From contig JADJBE010000026.1 of NCBI GenBank assembly GCA_016703895.1, positions 320,814 through 384,813 of the forward strand: a DNA stretch of 64,000 nt, in the 5' to 3' direction. Positions 55,401 to 63,872 of this stretch are shown piece by piece. Both the position numbers and the translations under genes were made by a program. The notes beneath the pieces are model-generated. The model was given only the letters and a program-made list of their open reading frames with translations. It did not search any database and was not told where the DNA came from. Origin of the DNA: Pseudomonadota bacterium (GTDB lineage: Bacteria; Pseudomonadota; Gammaproteobacteria; Steroidobacterales; Steroidobacteraceae). Position 1 is the first letter of the stretch, and the number at the start of each line of letters is the position of its first letter.

Positions 55401-55701
55401 GCGAGGTGGGCCCCGGCGGCAGCGAGCACATGCCCGACTGCAGCTTCGGCGGCTCGATACCATCGTAACGACCTGGTTGATCGGTACACGCCGGCATCAC
55501 CTCGCCGTCGCTTACCGGCCGTATCGGATCCTGAGCGAACGCCGTTGGGACGAACACTTGGGACGCGAGCGTGACCCCGGCCAGTACGGCCCAAACTGCC
55601 ACTCTGACGGTAGCGCGTGGCTCGGTGCGCTGTTCAGTGCGTGCCATATGACTAACAGGCATGACTTCGATTCCATTCTTCAAATGCGTGTGAGTGCTCA
55701 T
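52447..55701 (-). CDS. very large outer-membrane beta-barrel protein with N-terminal Big_1-like Ig domain
   Basis: ATG 55701-55699 overlaps the giant gene's TAA (TAATG); alternative starts are 55662 and 55647. Signal peptide ..VAVWAVLAGVTLASQVFVPTAFA. Big_1-like segment VPADGQSEVRISIELFDADGLPL...ENGVAEVTLIAPYEPGDAVIRA. After that, roughly 850 aa of alternating beta-strand pattern end in GAYIRLRFKF, followed by a short tail. Confidence 0.75.
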   Translation of the reverse strand: MSTHTHLKNGIEVMPVSHMARTEQRTEPRATVRVAVWAVLAGVTLASQVFVPTAFAQDPIRPVSDGEVMPACTDQPGRYDGIEPPKLQSGMCSLPPGPTSRLLSAETRAQSLTHKQAMKVSIYRDGVPADGQSEVRISIELFDADGLPLTAPTKVTFEASRGRVLTQDTYFVKEAPKFLADRDRREPGTQIMVENGVAEVTLIAPYEPGDAVIRAYSGDVTVDGKISFVPDLRPALAVGIIEGIVSFNSTSSDANTPTVFRDGLEEELSSLNNPDSRDDTFFGGRAAFFLKNTWREKYLVTAALDTDKDRIRLFRDIQPDQFYPIYGDASIRGFDAQSSRRGYLRVDQDKSFLLFGDFNSEDGVNEARSLGLYSRSVTGGKHHYESGNFVSNLWGARDSVRQVIDEQPGRGISGPYAVSSSNGITNSEKIELIVRDRNQPSVILSIQSLARFADYEFEPLTGRLLFRKPIPSLDERLNPVSIRVTYEVDQGGPAFWVGGVNAQWTLGGRLELGVSYAMDDDPNTPYSLGSANATLKLGDATTWLIEAAQSDRDNSLVQLESKGHGFRTELRHEGEKLDARLFYGRTTDDFDNPLAVLSEGRQEASAKATYSFSEATDLMVEAIQTEDANIGAERLGAQISLGHWFNDIFHLEGGLRYFDDEVQAGAPVQNATTFSNVYNFQTSGSLPVGAYQNGGLASGQNTTGRLKLSAKIKEKSLVDVEGEQGIDDSDAYAYGVGGEYQVLDKARLYVRHEYAKSISSLYGLNEGESRRATVFGVDSAYMEDGSVFSEYRMRDALPGREGEAAVGLRNLWPVREGLAFSTSLERVQAVAGQQGDATAVGVGVEYTARELYKTSARFEFRDDEASNTYLSTLAYTRKLSRDWSFLARNVYSSTDNQDLALGERMINRAIVGAAFRDTDTNRWNSLMRYELKLEKDTALLDPFDRKAHVVSLHTNFKPRRTLTLSGQLAGKWVDESFGAVDDSFTAYLVSGRVMYDLTERWDVGLVGSVFDGEGAQQLGLGFETGYSLIDNLWLSVGYNFSGFSDDDLVDSDYTRRGAYIRLRFKFDEKLFSSRDRSWNNSLQR

Positions 55702-58700
55702 TAGCGCGACCCTCCACGCTTGCGGCTCGTCTTCGGTGCGGGCCGACAACTGGTATTGCTTTCGCGGTACACGCCGTCCGCAGACTGCCGCGTCAACTCG
55801 CAGCGCGTGTCCTTGCGTGAGTCGAGCGTCAGCGCGGGTACGTCATCGCCCTTCTCGACTTCAGGCGCCGCGACTTCACCGAGACTGGCGCGACGGCCAA
55901 ACACCTGGCCCATCACATCGCTCGAGCAGTTGCGCACATGGAAGTCAGCGCGGTGCAACTCACCGTTCCGAAGATCAACGAAGCGCGAGTCCGCATCGCC
56001 TGCATTGCGCGTATCGACGGTGTCGAGCAGCGCGCCCTTGGGCAGCGTCGATCGGTCCACCTTCAGCACGTGCGTGATCGGCTTCAGACCACAGTAGGAG
56101 TACTTGCCCTCGGAGTCCGAGATCAGGTAGGTGCCATCCTCGAAGTACAGGCGTACGCCGGGTACACCCACTTCTTCGTGGTCCTGGACGTCGTTCTCGT
56201 TGCAGTCCGCGTAGATCTTGCCGATGACACAGGCCTCAGTGGTGAATACACCGCCTAACACCTTAACCTTGGCACGACCCTCGTTCGAGCTGACCGCATC
56301 GGACACCGCACGAGCACGGTTTATGCCATCGCCCTGTTGCGCGCCCACGCCGACACGCACTCGATAGGTGAGCGTCATCGCCTGGTTGGCCGGCAGCGGC
56401 GACATGATCGGGAACGTCAGGATCGGGCCTGGCGCACCCTCGGGATCGGCAAACTCGACCGCACCCGCGCTGCCTGGCAACAGGATGCGCGAGGTGCCTT
56501 CGATGTAACGGAAGCCGAGCGGCAGACGATCGGTGATCGTCAGATCCGGCAAGCCGCCACCTTGAACGTTGCGCACAACGATCGTGTAGCGCACCGAGTC
56601 GCCCAACTCGACTTCGTCGTCGTCGACGGTCTTCTCGAGCGAGATGATCGACGGCACGACCGGGTCCAGCGGGATGTGGTTATGCACCAGACCCAGCGTC
56701 GCGGAGCCAAACACAATCTGGGTGTAGTAAGTCGTGCTCGCGCCGACCGGTGGTGCTGTCGCCTGCGGCTGGATCGCAACCACGCCGGCGCCATTCTGCG
56801 CCGTGAAGCTGCCGGAGGTCGGGATCAGTGTCGACGGCGCGGTATACAGCGCCGGCGGCGTAGTCACCAGCTCGAACGTACATGAGGCCGGCGCGTTGGC
56901 CCCTAACAGGAACTGGTAGTAACCATTGCTGCCGGTCGTCATCGAGATCGCCGAACCGCTGATGGTGTAACCACCGGCACCGGCATTGACGATCATCGTG
57001 GCCGGATCGTAGGTCGGGCATGAGCCAACCGGTTGTAGTGTAACGGTTGCACCGGACACCACTTCGCGCGTCACGGCGTCGTAGACGACACCTGACGGGT
57101 CGACCGGCAGACTCTGCTGCGGAATGTTGCCACCTGGCGGCAGCACCACTTCGAGCGCGCCGCGCGGATTGCCGGGCGCGAGCTGTGAGCCAGCCTGTGG
57201 ATTGCCTGTGTTGCCATTGACCGGTACTCCGTAGCCCACGCCGCTCGTTGGATCACGGAACAGCACATTGTAAGTGCCCGGGATGACGGCGAGGAACGAG
57301 TAGTTACCCGCGGCGTCCGTCTGCGTCGTGCGTACGGGCGCTGTCCCTGCCGGCGCGTTCGGATCAACCAGATCAACGACCCAGCCTGGTAGGGGCGTAT
57401 CGCCCGCGTCACGCTGGCGGCCGGTCTGACCGATATCGAACCACACGGAGCCTGAGATCTGGCCGCCCTGCTGCAGTGGCACAGACAGAGTGGATTCGTT
57501 GTTGCCCTGCAAGCCATTCGGCTCACCACCGCCGTCAACACGAACCGTGTTCACCAGTGGCGAGTTGGCGGCAGCACCCGCTGCGACATTTACGTTGAGC
57601 GTGATGGGCGCGGCCGTGCCGCCATTTGACGCCAGTACGACCGAGCTCGTACAGGTCGCGGTCTGACTACCCACGACTGTGGTCGCGCAGTTCCAGCCCG
57701 TGCCAGTCGGAATCTCGGCCACCGTCATGCCTGCCGGCAGCGTATCGACAACCGTATAGACACCGGTCGTATCGAGCGCTAGCGCGACGTTGCTGACAAC
57801 AATCGAGAACGTACCGCGGTTGGCTTCAGTGAAGATCGCCGGTGTCGCCGTCTTGACGACCGTGGCGTCAGGCCCCAGGTAGCGGAAACCGACTGGCGTC
57901 GCGGTGCCTGTGCCGCCGAGCGGCACGTTGACCGTCTGCGGGTCGTTAGCCGTGGTCAACTCGGTGCCGGCCGGATCGGTGACGTCCGCTTGTGTCGGCC
58001 CCGCTGGGACCGGAATGCGGTAGTCGCCGTTGCCGTCGGTCGTGACAGTGAGCGTGCGGCCATCGGAGGCCTGTACAGTGACCACCGTGTTAGTCAGATT
58101 CGGCTCGCCCGTATCCTGGACGCCGTTGTTGTCCGGATCAAAGAAGGCACGCCCCACCAGGAAGGAGGGTGTCTCGGCAAAGTTGAAGGCGACACCCGTG
58201 CCGCCCGCGGGCACAATTATGTTGCTGATCACGCTGGTGCCCGCTGCGCCAGCCGTGCCGGTTGGCGCGCCGCCGAAGTTGCCCGGCGTATCCGTGCCGT
58301 CGGCATAGCTCGCCGGCTGCGTCTGCGTGACCGTGTAGGTACCCGCCGGCAGGTCGTTGAAGAGATAGGCACCGTTCGCATCGGTCGTGACGACGCAGGT
58401 CGTGATGACCGTACACACGTCCGCGCCGCCCAAAGTCGTTCCTGACAGCGTGAGCGTCACATTCGGCAGACGGTCTTCGCCCGCGTCGGCGACGCCATCA
58501 TTGTTCAGGTCGACGTATGAGACGCCGGCCAGGCTCGCCGGTCGTTCGCCGAAGTTGTAGTTCATCGCAGCCGCGCCCGTGGGCAGCACGATTGCGCTGA
58601 TCACGTCGTTAGTCGCTGCCGACCCTGTGGCAGTGCCATTGATCTGGCCGACTGATTCGGCACCGTCTCCGTACTGCGTCAGCGGCGCATTGGTCTGTGG

Positions 58701-61700
58701 TTGCTCAGTGAGCGTATAGCCGGTGCCATCGCTGCCCGGCAAGCTCGGGAAGCCGTAGTTGCCGTTGGCATCCGTGATTGCCGTACAGGGGTTCGGGCTG
58801 ATCACGGTGCAGACGTTCACACCATTCGCGGCGTTGCCGGACACCGTGACCGTGACTCCCGGGATGCCCCGCTCGCCCGTGTCGCGCGTGCCGTTGCCAT
58901 TGGTGTCGACGTAGACCGAGCCGCTCAGGCCCTGGCCTTGTACGCCGAAGTCGTAGTTCTGGCCGTTCGCGCCAGCGGTCACCGGGATCGCGGCCGATAC
59001 ATTCGTGCCGACGCTCGGGGTGTTAGCGCCCTGACCGTTACCACCCAACGTACCGTTAAAGGTGCCAGTAGTCGTGAGCCCCGGTATGGTCGTTTGCGTA
59101 AGGGTATAACTACCCGGGCGCAAGGTTGCGCAGAGCGGATTCGGATCGCCTGTCACCGGGAACGCGTAGGTCCCCGTCGCCGAGGTGGTTGTCGTGCAAT
59201 TGACTGCTTGCGCCGTGTCCGTCGTACCGGTTAGGGTGATCGCGACACCCGCAACACCCGCGTTCTCGGTACCTTCGCGGACCGCGTTAGCGTTCGGATC
59301 GATATAGACACGGCCTGAAAGCTGTGCGCCAGCGAGTTCGCCGAAATTGCGCTCGGTCAGGTTCGCCGCTGGATTGACCACGATCGCGCCAGTTCCTGGG
59401 ATGGTTTCACCCACCGGTCGACCGCGGCTGTTGGCGATGACATTACCCACGCCCGCGCCGTTCTGGTCCGCGCCATCGGCAAAGCCCGTTGGCTCGTTGA
59501 CCTGCGTGACCACGTAGCCCGTGGCGTCCGAGGGCGGCAGGTTATTGAAGGCATACGCGCCGCTGGCATTCGTGTTCTGCGTCAGCGAAATCGCATTGCC
59601 CGCATAGTCCGTACCTGATAGACGGATCTGCACTGGGTTGGAGGTCCCGTTGATGCCCGTCTCGCCGCCTTCGCGGTTGCCGTTATCGTTGGCATCGACA
59701 TAGACAAAGCCGGACATCTGCGCCAGTGCGTATTCCTGGAAGTTGTAGTTAGTGGCCTGGGTGTTCGCCGGCAGCGTAAGGCCGCTGATGCGGTTCTGCG
59801 TCGCGGTGTTGCCGCAGTTCGCCGCAGGCGGGCAGTTGGGCGACGCCGTGCCGCCCGCGCCCGTACCGACAAACTCCGCGCTGTCGACGAAGGCACCCGG
59901 CTGGGTCTCGGTGATCACGTAGTCGCCAGGCGGCAGATTGTCAAAGAGGTACGTACCCGCACCGTTGGTCTGCACGGTGACGGCTGGGCCTGCGCCGATC
60001 GCGTTGCCGTAGATGTCTGTGCCGGTCAGCGTGAGCGTGACGCTACCGATCGCCTCGCCGGCCCCGAACGTGTCGTCACGGTTATTGTCAGCGTAGACAT
60101 TACCCGCGAGACTCGCACGCTGCACTTGCACCACAGCCGACTGCGAGTTGTTGCCGGGCACCGTGTCGCGCGACACCGGGTTGCCGCTGCCATCGAGGCC
60201 GGGGGAGATCGTTGCCGTGTTGGTAACGTTGCTGCCAATCGCGCCGGTGTACGGGTACACCGGCCGCGCGATGTAGTGCAGCGTAATGGTATTGGTCGGA
60301 CCAGGCAGCAGGCTGCCGTCGAGCGCACAGGTGACCGTCGTTGTGCCGGTGCAGTTCAGACCAGTGACGGTGGCGCTACCGCCCCACTCGCCCGCCGGCG
60401 CGGTCACGCTGCCGACTAGCTGAAAGCCAGGTGGCAGCACATCCACGATCCGTGCCTGGTTCGTCGGCGACGGACCATTGTTTCGAATCACCACCGTGAA
60501 CTCGGTCGGCTGGTTCACATTGACCGGCGACGCCGTGACCAGTGTCTTGCTGATGGCCTCAAGATCGGTCGACGGCAGCACGGTGGTGTTTTCAGATACC
60601 GTGTTGTTCAGCGGCAGCCTGTCGTAACCACCGATCGATTCGTCCGAACGTACCTGCGCACCATTGACGAAGGTGAGCGACCCCGAGGGCGCCGGACCAG
60701 CCACGGTGAACGTCACGTCAAAGCGGATGATTTCGCCCGGATCGAGATAGTTGTTGGCGGCTGTCGGTGATGCCACACAACGAATTTGTCCCACCACTGG
60801 CGCGTCGATCGTACATACCGGCGCACGTGGCGCGGTCGTATTGGTCGTACCGAGCACTACGGTCGTCGGTGTCATCGTGTAGCCCGGCGGCGGTGCCGCG
60901 GGTATGTCGATCAGCTCAACATTGGTTGCCCGTGACGGACCATCGTTCTGAATCGTTACTTGGTAGGCCAGCGGATCGCCATAGGGGAGCGGATCACCAC
61001 CGACCGGTTCCTGCTTGGTGACGAGCAAATCGAGATCTGGCACGATCACGTCATGCGTAGCAGAGCGGGAGTCCACCGCCGCGTTCACGCCCTGATCCGT
61101 CACCGTGGTGATGGTTGCGGTGTTGGTGTGCGTGCCCGGATTCGGCGGTGTACCCGGGAATGGGTAGCGGGGAATCGCCTGGAACGACATCTGAAAGGTC
61201 TGGCCGCGCGTCATCGTGCCCATCGGGCAACTCGCCACGTTGGCAACAAACGTACACGTGACACCTGACCTGGTCGTACTGACCGAGCCTGCCGTCACAG
61301 TAAAACGCGTCGGATCGATTGGGTCGCTAACCACCACTGACGAGGCGGGAGTGGGACCGACGTTGCTGAAGCTGATCGTGTAGGTGAACGGCACGCCAAC
61401 CACGACCGGATTGGGATTGACCGTCTTCTGCGTAACCGTGACGTCCGCGATCGGGTCGATCGTGACCTGCGCCGGATCAGAGTTGTTGCCGCTGTTCGAA
61501 TCAACGGCATCCGGCGAGCTGACGAACGCCTGGTTATTGAACGTACCACTCTCAACTGACCGGGCCATCTCGATCAGAATCGTGCGCGATTCCGCCGGCG
61601 CCAAGTTGGTGAGTGTGCAGGTTACACTCGCTCCAGAACGCGTGCAGCTGTCACCCGCGGGTGCAGTCAGTGTCACCCCCGAAGTAAATGGTGCTGCACC

Positions 61701-63614
61701 AATATACTCACCGAGGGTATTAGCTACCCTGACCGTCGGCGCCGTATCCGGGCCGTTGTTGGTAACAACAAGGCGCCAGACGTAGTTCGACTGGGCCGTC
61801 GGAATGGTGAGCGATTCGACGAACGGGCCGCCGGTCGTGGAGCCGACGGTCTTATCGATCGATAGATCGACCGTACGCGTGGTGGCGACAATACCAATGT
61901 TGCCCGTGCAATCGTTGGAATCGCCGGTCGGGTCGAGTGGCGTCGCCAGTGAGTTCGCAGTGGAACCGGTACACGCCTGGTTGGTGATCGTCGGGAACGG
62001 CGGCGCGCCGCCGATACCGGTTGCCTGACTCGTTAGCTGAACGCTGGTGGTAGCACCGTTGGCGATCGATCCCGAGCCAGTTGTCTCGCAGGTGACCGTC
62101 GCGGGCCCAGGAATCGGACCGGCCGGGCACGTCCAGCCCGCCGTCAGCACGCCGGTGAAAATCTCATTTGCCCCGAAGGCGTCGGTAATTCTCAGTGGCG
62201 TCAACGGCGTGTAGGTCGAAGCAGATACACCGTTGTTACGAACAACAATCGTCGAGGTAATCGTCGCACCTTGCGAGACGGGATTGGGCCCCTTGGTCTT
62301 GGTTACCGACAAGTCGGCGAACGGCTCGACCACCGTGAACGGTGTCGTCGCATTGTCGTTGCCCGGGATCGGATCCGTGATGCCGCTCGGTGGCGTGACT
62401 AGCGCCGTCAAGTTGCCGGAGGTCGCCACCGACGGCGTCGTCGCCGGAAGCACGAAGACTTGGTTGTTACCCGACGCAATCGTGCCGGACACACAGGTCA
62501 CGGTCCAACCGACGCCGACGCTGCCAGTTGGCGTGCAGCCCGCAGGCATCGTACCGAGCACGAAGCCGGCGGGGATTGTACCCGCGATCGTGGCGCCGCT
62601 TACAGTGGCAGGGCCTAGATTGCTCAGCGTGAGCGGAATCGTGACCGCGATGTTAGTCGTCGCGGGATTGCTGGCCATACTAACTTGCGCCCGCAGATCC
62701 GCTCCTGGCGTGACAGTGACGACAACGTTCGGCGTGACGTCATTTGACGCGTCGCGATCGAGAATCAGGCTGTTGCTGGAGCCGATCTGCGCCGAGTTAG
62801 TGATGGTGCCAGTGATGCCGCGGTTAATGCGGCCGGATATCGTGATCGGCGGATAGTTGCCCACGCCGATTGCGGCACCGAAGTAGACGCAGACGACGTT
62901 CGGTACGCCAGCGTTGACGGTGCAGCCCCAGCTAGTGCCGCTCGCGGTGACGTTGTTGAGATCGGTTTGTGGCGGCAGAAAGTCGGTCACCTGCACGGCG
63001 TTGCTCAAATCTGGTCCGGCATTGCTCGTCGCAAGGGTGTACGTAAGCGTTGCGCCGCCTGGCAGCGTCGTCGCACTGGGTGTCTTGGTGATCGCCAGAT
63101 CGACGCCCAATCGAACCGTAGGATTGCGGCTGGTGTTGTTGTTGAGCGTATTGGGATCGGTCGTACCGACGGGCGGTGCAATTGACGCGCTTGTTCCAGC
63201 GGATGACGGCGCCGTGATTGCCGATGCGGTGTAGACCGTGTCGACCGACGCAGCAGAAGGGAATGGCGTAATCGGACAGGCTAGAACCTGCGCGCCGACG
63301 GCACCCGACAGTGAACAGGAGGCCGGAAAGGCTAAGCCAGGTTGGTTAGCAACTTGAAAGCTCGGGGCTAAGTTGACCGTCAAGACCGCGCCGTTTGCGG
63401 CACTGGGCCCATTGTTAGTAGTACGAACAGTAAACTGAACCGCCGCGCCGTTAGGCACGGGGTCCGGTGTCCAGGTGTACGCCGCAACCGATACGTCGGC
63501 GCTCTGCGCCGCCGCCGTGCCCGGAGCACCGAGGCTCGCCAGCGCGACTGCTGCAACCGCCCAGTAGCCAAGACCACCACGCACTTTGCGCACCGTGGCT
63601 GCCACAGACCGCAT
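55701..63614 (-). CDS. giant secreted repeat protein (about 2,637 aa): DUF11 'conserved repeat domain' modules plus SdrD-B/Cna-B-like modules
   Basis: ATG 63614 gives MRSVAATVRKVRGGLGYWAVAAVALASLGAPGTAAA|Q (a Sec signal). There are 8 N-terminal DUF11-like modules (D[LV]x[IV]xK...N.GP...V.D.LP.GF, each with a Cys pair), six tandem SdrD-B-like modules (G.VY.D.N.NG..D.GE.G...V.V.L....), further Cna-B-like and two more DUF11 modules, a final SdrD-B-like module and a basic tail. The 7.9-kb ORF is uninterrupted. Confidence 0.85.
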   Translation of the reverse strand: MRSVAATVRKVRGGLGYWAVAAVALASLGAPGTAAAQSADVSVAAYTWTPDPVPNGAAVQFTVRTTNNGPSAANGAVLTVNLAPSFQVANQPGLAFPASCSLSGAVGAQVLACPITPFPSAASVDTVYTASAITAPSSAGTSASIAPPVGTTDPNTLNNNTSRNPTVRLGVDLAITKTPSATTLPGGATLTYTLATSNAGPDLSNAVQVTDFLPPQTDLNNVTASGTSWGCTVNAGVPNVVCVYFGAAIGVGNYPPITISGRINRGITGTITNSAQIGSSNSLILDRDASNDVTPNVVVTVTPGADLRAQVSMASNPATTNIAVTIPLTLSNLGPATVSGATIAGTIPAGFVLGTMPAGCTPTGSVGVGWTVTCVSGTIASGNNQVFVLPATTPSVATSGNLTALVTPPSGITDPIPGNDNATTPFTVVEPFADLSVTKTKGPNPVSQGATITSTIVVRNNGVSASTYTPLTPLRITDAFGANEIFTGVLTAGWTCPAGPIPGPATVTCETTGSGSIANGATTSVQLTSQATGIGGAPPFPTITNQACTGSTANSLATPLDPTGDSNDCTGNIGIVATTRTVDLSIDKTVGSTTGGPFVESLTIPTAQSNYVWRLVVTNNGPDTAPTVRVANTLGEYIGAAPFTSGVTLTAPAGDSCTRSGASVTCTLTNLAPAESRTILIEMARSVESGTFNNQAFVSSPDAVDSNSGNNSDPAQVTIDPIADVTVTQKTVNPNPVVVGVPFTYTISFSNVGPTPASSVVVSDPIDPTRFTVTAGSVSTTRSGVTCTFVANVASCPMGTMTRGQTFQMSFQAIPRYPFPGTPPNPGTHTNTATITTVTDQGVNAAVDSRSATHDVIVPDLDLLVTKQEPVGGDPLPYGDPLAYQVTIQNDGPSRATNVELIDIPAAPPPGYTMTPTTVVLGTTNTTAPRAPVCTIDAPVVGQIRCVASPTAANNYLDPGEIIRFDVTFTVAGPAPSGSLTFVNGAQVRSDESIGGYDRLPLNNTVSENTTVLPSTDLEAISKTLVTASPVNVNQPTEFTVVIRNNGPSPTNQARIVDVLPPGFQLVGSVTAPAGEWGGSATVTGLNCTGTTTVTCALDGSLLPGPTNTITLHYIARPVYPYTGAIGSNVTNTATISPGLDGSGNPVSRDTVPGNNSQSAVVQVQRASLAGNVYADNNRDDTFGAGEAIGSVTLTLTGTDIYGNAIGAGPAVTVQTNGAGTYLFDNLPPGDYVITETQPGAFVDSAEFVGTGAGGTASPNCPPAANCGNTATQNRISGLTLPANTQATNYNFQEYALAQMSGFVYVDANDNGNREGGETGINGTSNPVQIRLSGTDYAGNAISLTQNTNASGAYAFNNLPPSDATGYVVTQVNEPTGFADGADQNGAGVGNVIANSRGRPVGETIPGTGAIVVNPAANLTERNFGELAGAQLSGRVYIDPNANAVREGTENAGVAGVAITLTGTTDTAQAVNCTTTTSATGTYAFPVTGDPNPLCATLRPGSYTLTQTTIPGLTTTGTFNGTLGGNGQGANTPSVGTNVSAAIPVTAGANGQNYDFGVQGQGLSGSVYVDTNGNGTRDTGERGIPGVTVTVSGNAANGVNVCTVISPNPCTAITDANGNYGFPSLPGSDGTGYTLTEQPQTNAPLTQYGDGAESVGQINGTATGSAATNDVISAIVLPTGAAAMNYNFGERPASLAGVSYVDLNNDGVADAGEDRLPNVTLTLSGTTLGGADVCTVITTCVVTTDANGAYLFNDLPAGTYTVTQTQPASYADGTDTPGNFGGAPTGTAGAAGTSVISNIIVPAGGTGVAFNFAETPSFLVGRAFFDPDNNGVQDTGEPNLTNTVVTVQASDGRTLTVTTDGNGDYRIPVPAGPTQADVTDPAGTELTTANDPQTVNVPLGGTGTATPVGFRYLGPDATVVKTATPAIFTEANRGTFSIVVSNVALALDTTGVYTVVDTLPAGMTVAEIPTGTGWNCATTVVGSQTATCTSSVVLASNGGTAAPITLNVNVAAGAAANSPLVNTVRVDGGGEPNGLQGNNESTLSVPLQQGGQISGSVWFDIGQTGRQRDAGDTPLPGWVVDLVDPNAPAGTAPVRTTQTDAAGNYSFLAVIPGTYNVLFRDPTSGVGYGVPVNGNTGNPQAGSQLAPGNPRGALEVVLPPGGNIPQQSLPVDPSGVVYDAVTREVVSGATVTLQPVGSCPTYDPATMIVNAGAGGYTISGSAISMTTGSNGYYQFLLGANAPASCTFELVTTPPALYTAPSTLIPTSGSFTAQNGAGVVAIQPQATAPPVGASTTYYTQIVFGSATLGLVHNHIPLDPVVPSIISLEKTVDDDEVELGDSVRYTIVVRNVQGGGLPDLTITDRLPLGFRYIEGTSRILLPGSAGAVEFADPEGAPGPILTFPIMSPLPANQAMTLTYRVRVGVGAQQGDGINRARAVSDAVSSNEGRAKVKVLGGVFTTEACVIGKIYADCNENDVQDHEEVGVPGVRLYFEDGTYLISDSEGKYSYCGLKPITHVLKVDRSTLPKGALLDTVDTRNAGDADSRFVDLRNGELHRADFHVRNCSSDVMGQVFGRRASLGEVAAPEVEKGDDVPALTLDSRKDTRCELTRQSADGVYRESNTSCRPAPKTSRKRGGSR
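57890..60115 (-). repeat. tandem array of six SdrD-B-like coding modules (period about 370-400 nt) inside the giant gene
   Basis: The module-initial motifs GNVYADNNRDD, GFVYVDANDNGNREGGE, GRVYIDPNANAVREG, GSVYVDTNGNGTRDTGE, GVSYVDLNNDGVADAGE and GRAFFDPDNNGVQDTGE map near 60105, 59715, 59330, 58930, 58530 and 58160. They are divergent at the DNA level. Confidence 0.7.
60116..63497 (-). repeat. array of eight DUF11-like coding modules inside the giant gene
   Basis: Module starts: ADVSVAAY, VDLAITKT, ADLRAQVS, ADLSVTKT, VDLSIDKT, ADVTVTQKT, LDLLVTKQ, TDLEAISKT. Each has an x-N-x-G-P core and a C...C pair. Boundaries are approximate. Confidence 0.6.
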
Positions 63615-63872
63615 TAACCCTGCACATTCAAATCGCACGCAAAACACTCCGTGATTCGGCCACGTTGACGCGGGCAGCGATGCTGCTCTGGGCGGAACTG
63701 AAGATTGAGCCTCGGGTCCTTGAGATAGCCACGCGCACTAACGTCTCCTGTGTGAGCCGCATGTCGGCGCACACTCGTCAGACGATATGGAAAACGAACG
63801 CGCGTTAAGTCACAAGCAGGCGGAGCACGCTTTCAGCGCGCTGCTTTCGAGAGTGAGAGGTGAGTTGCTTTG

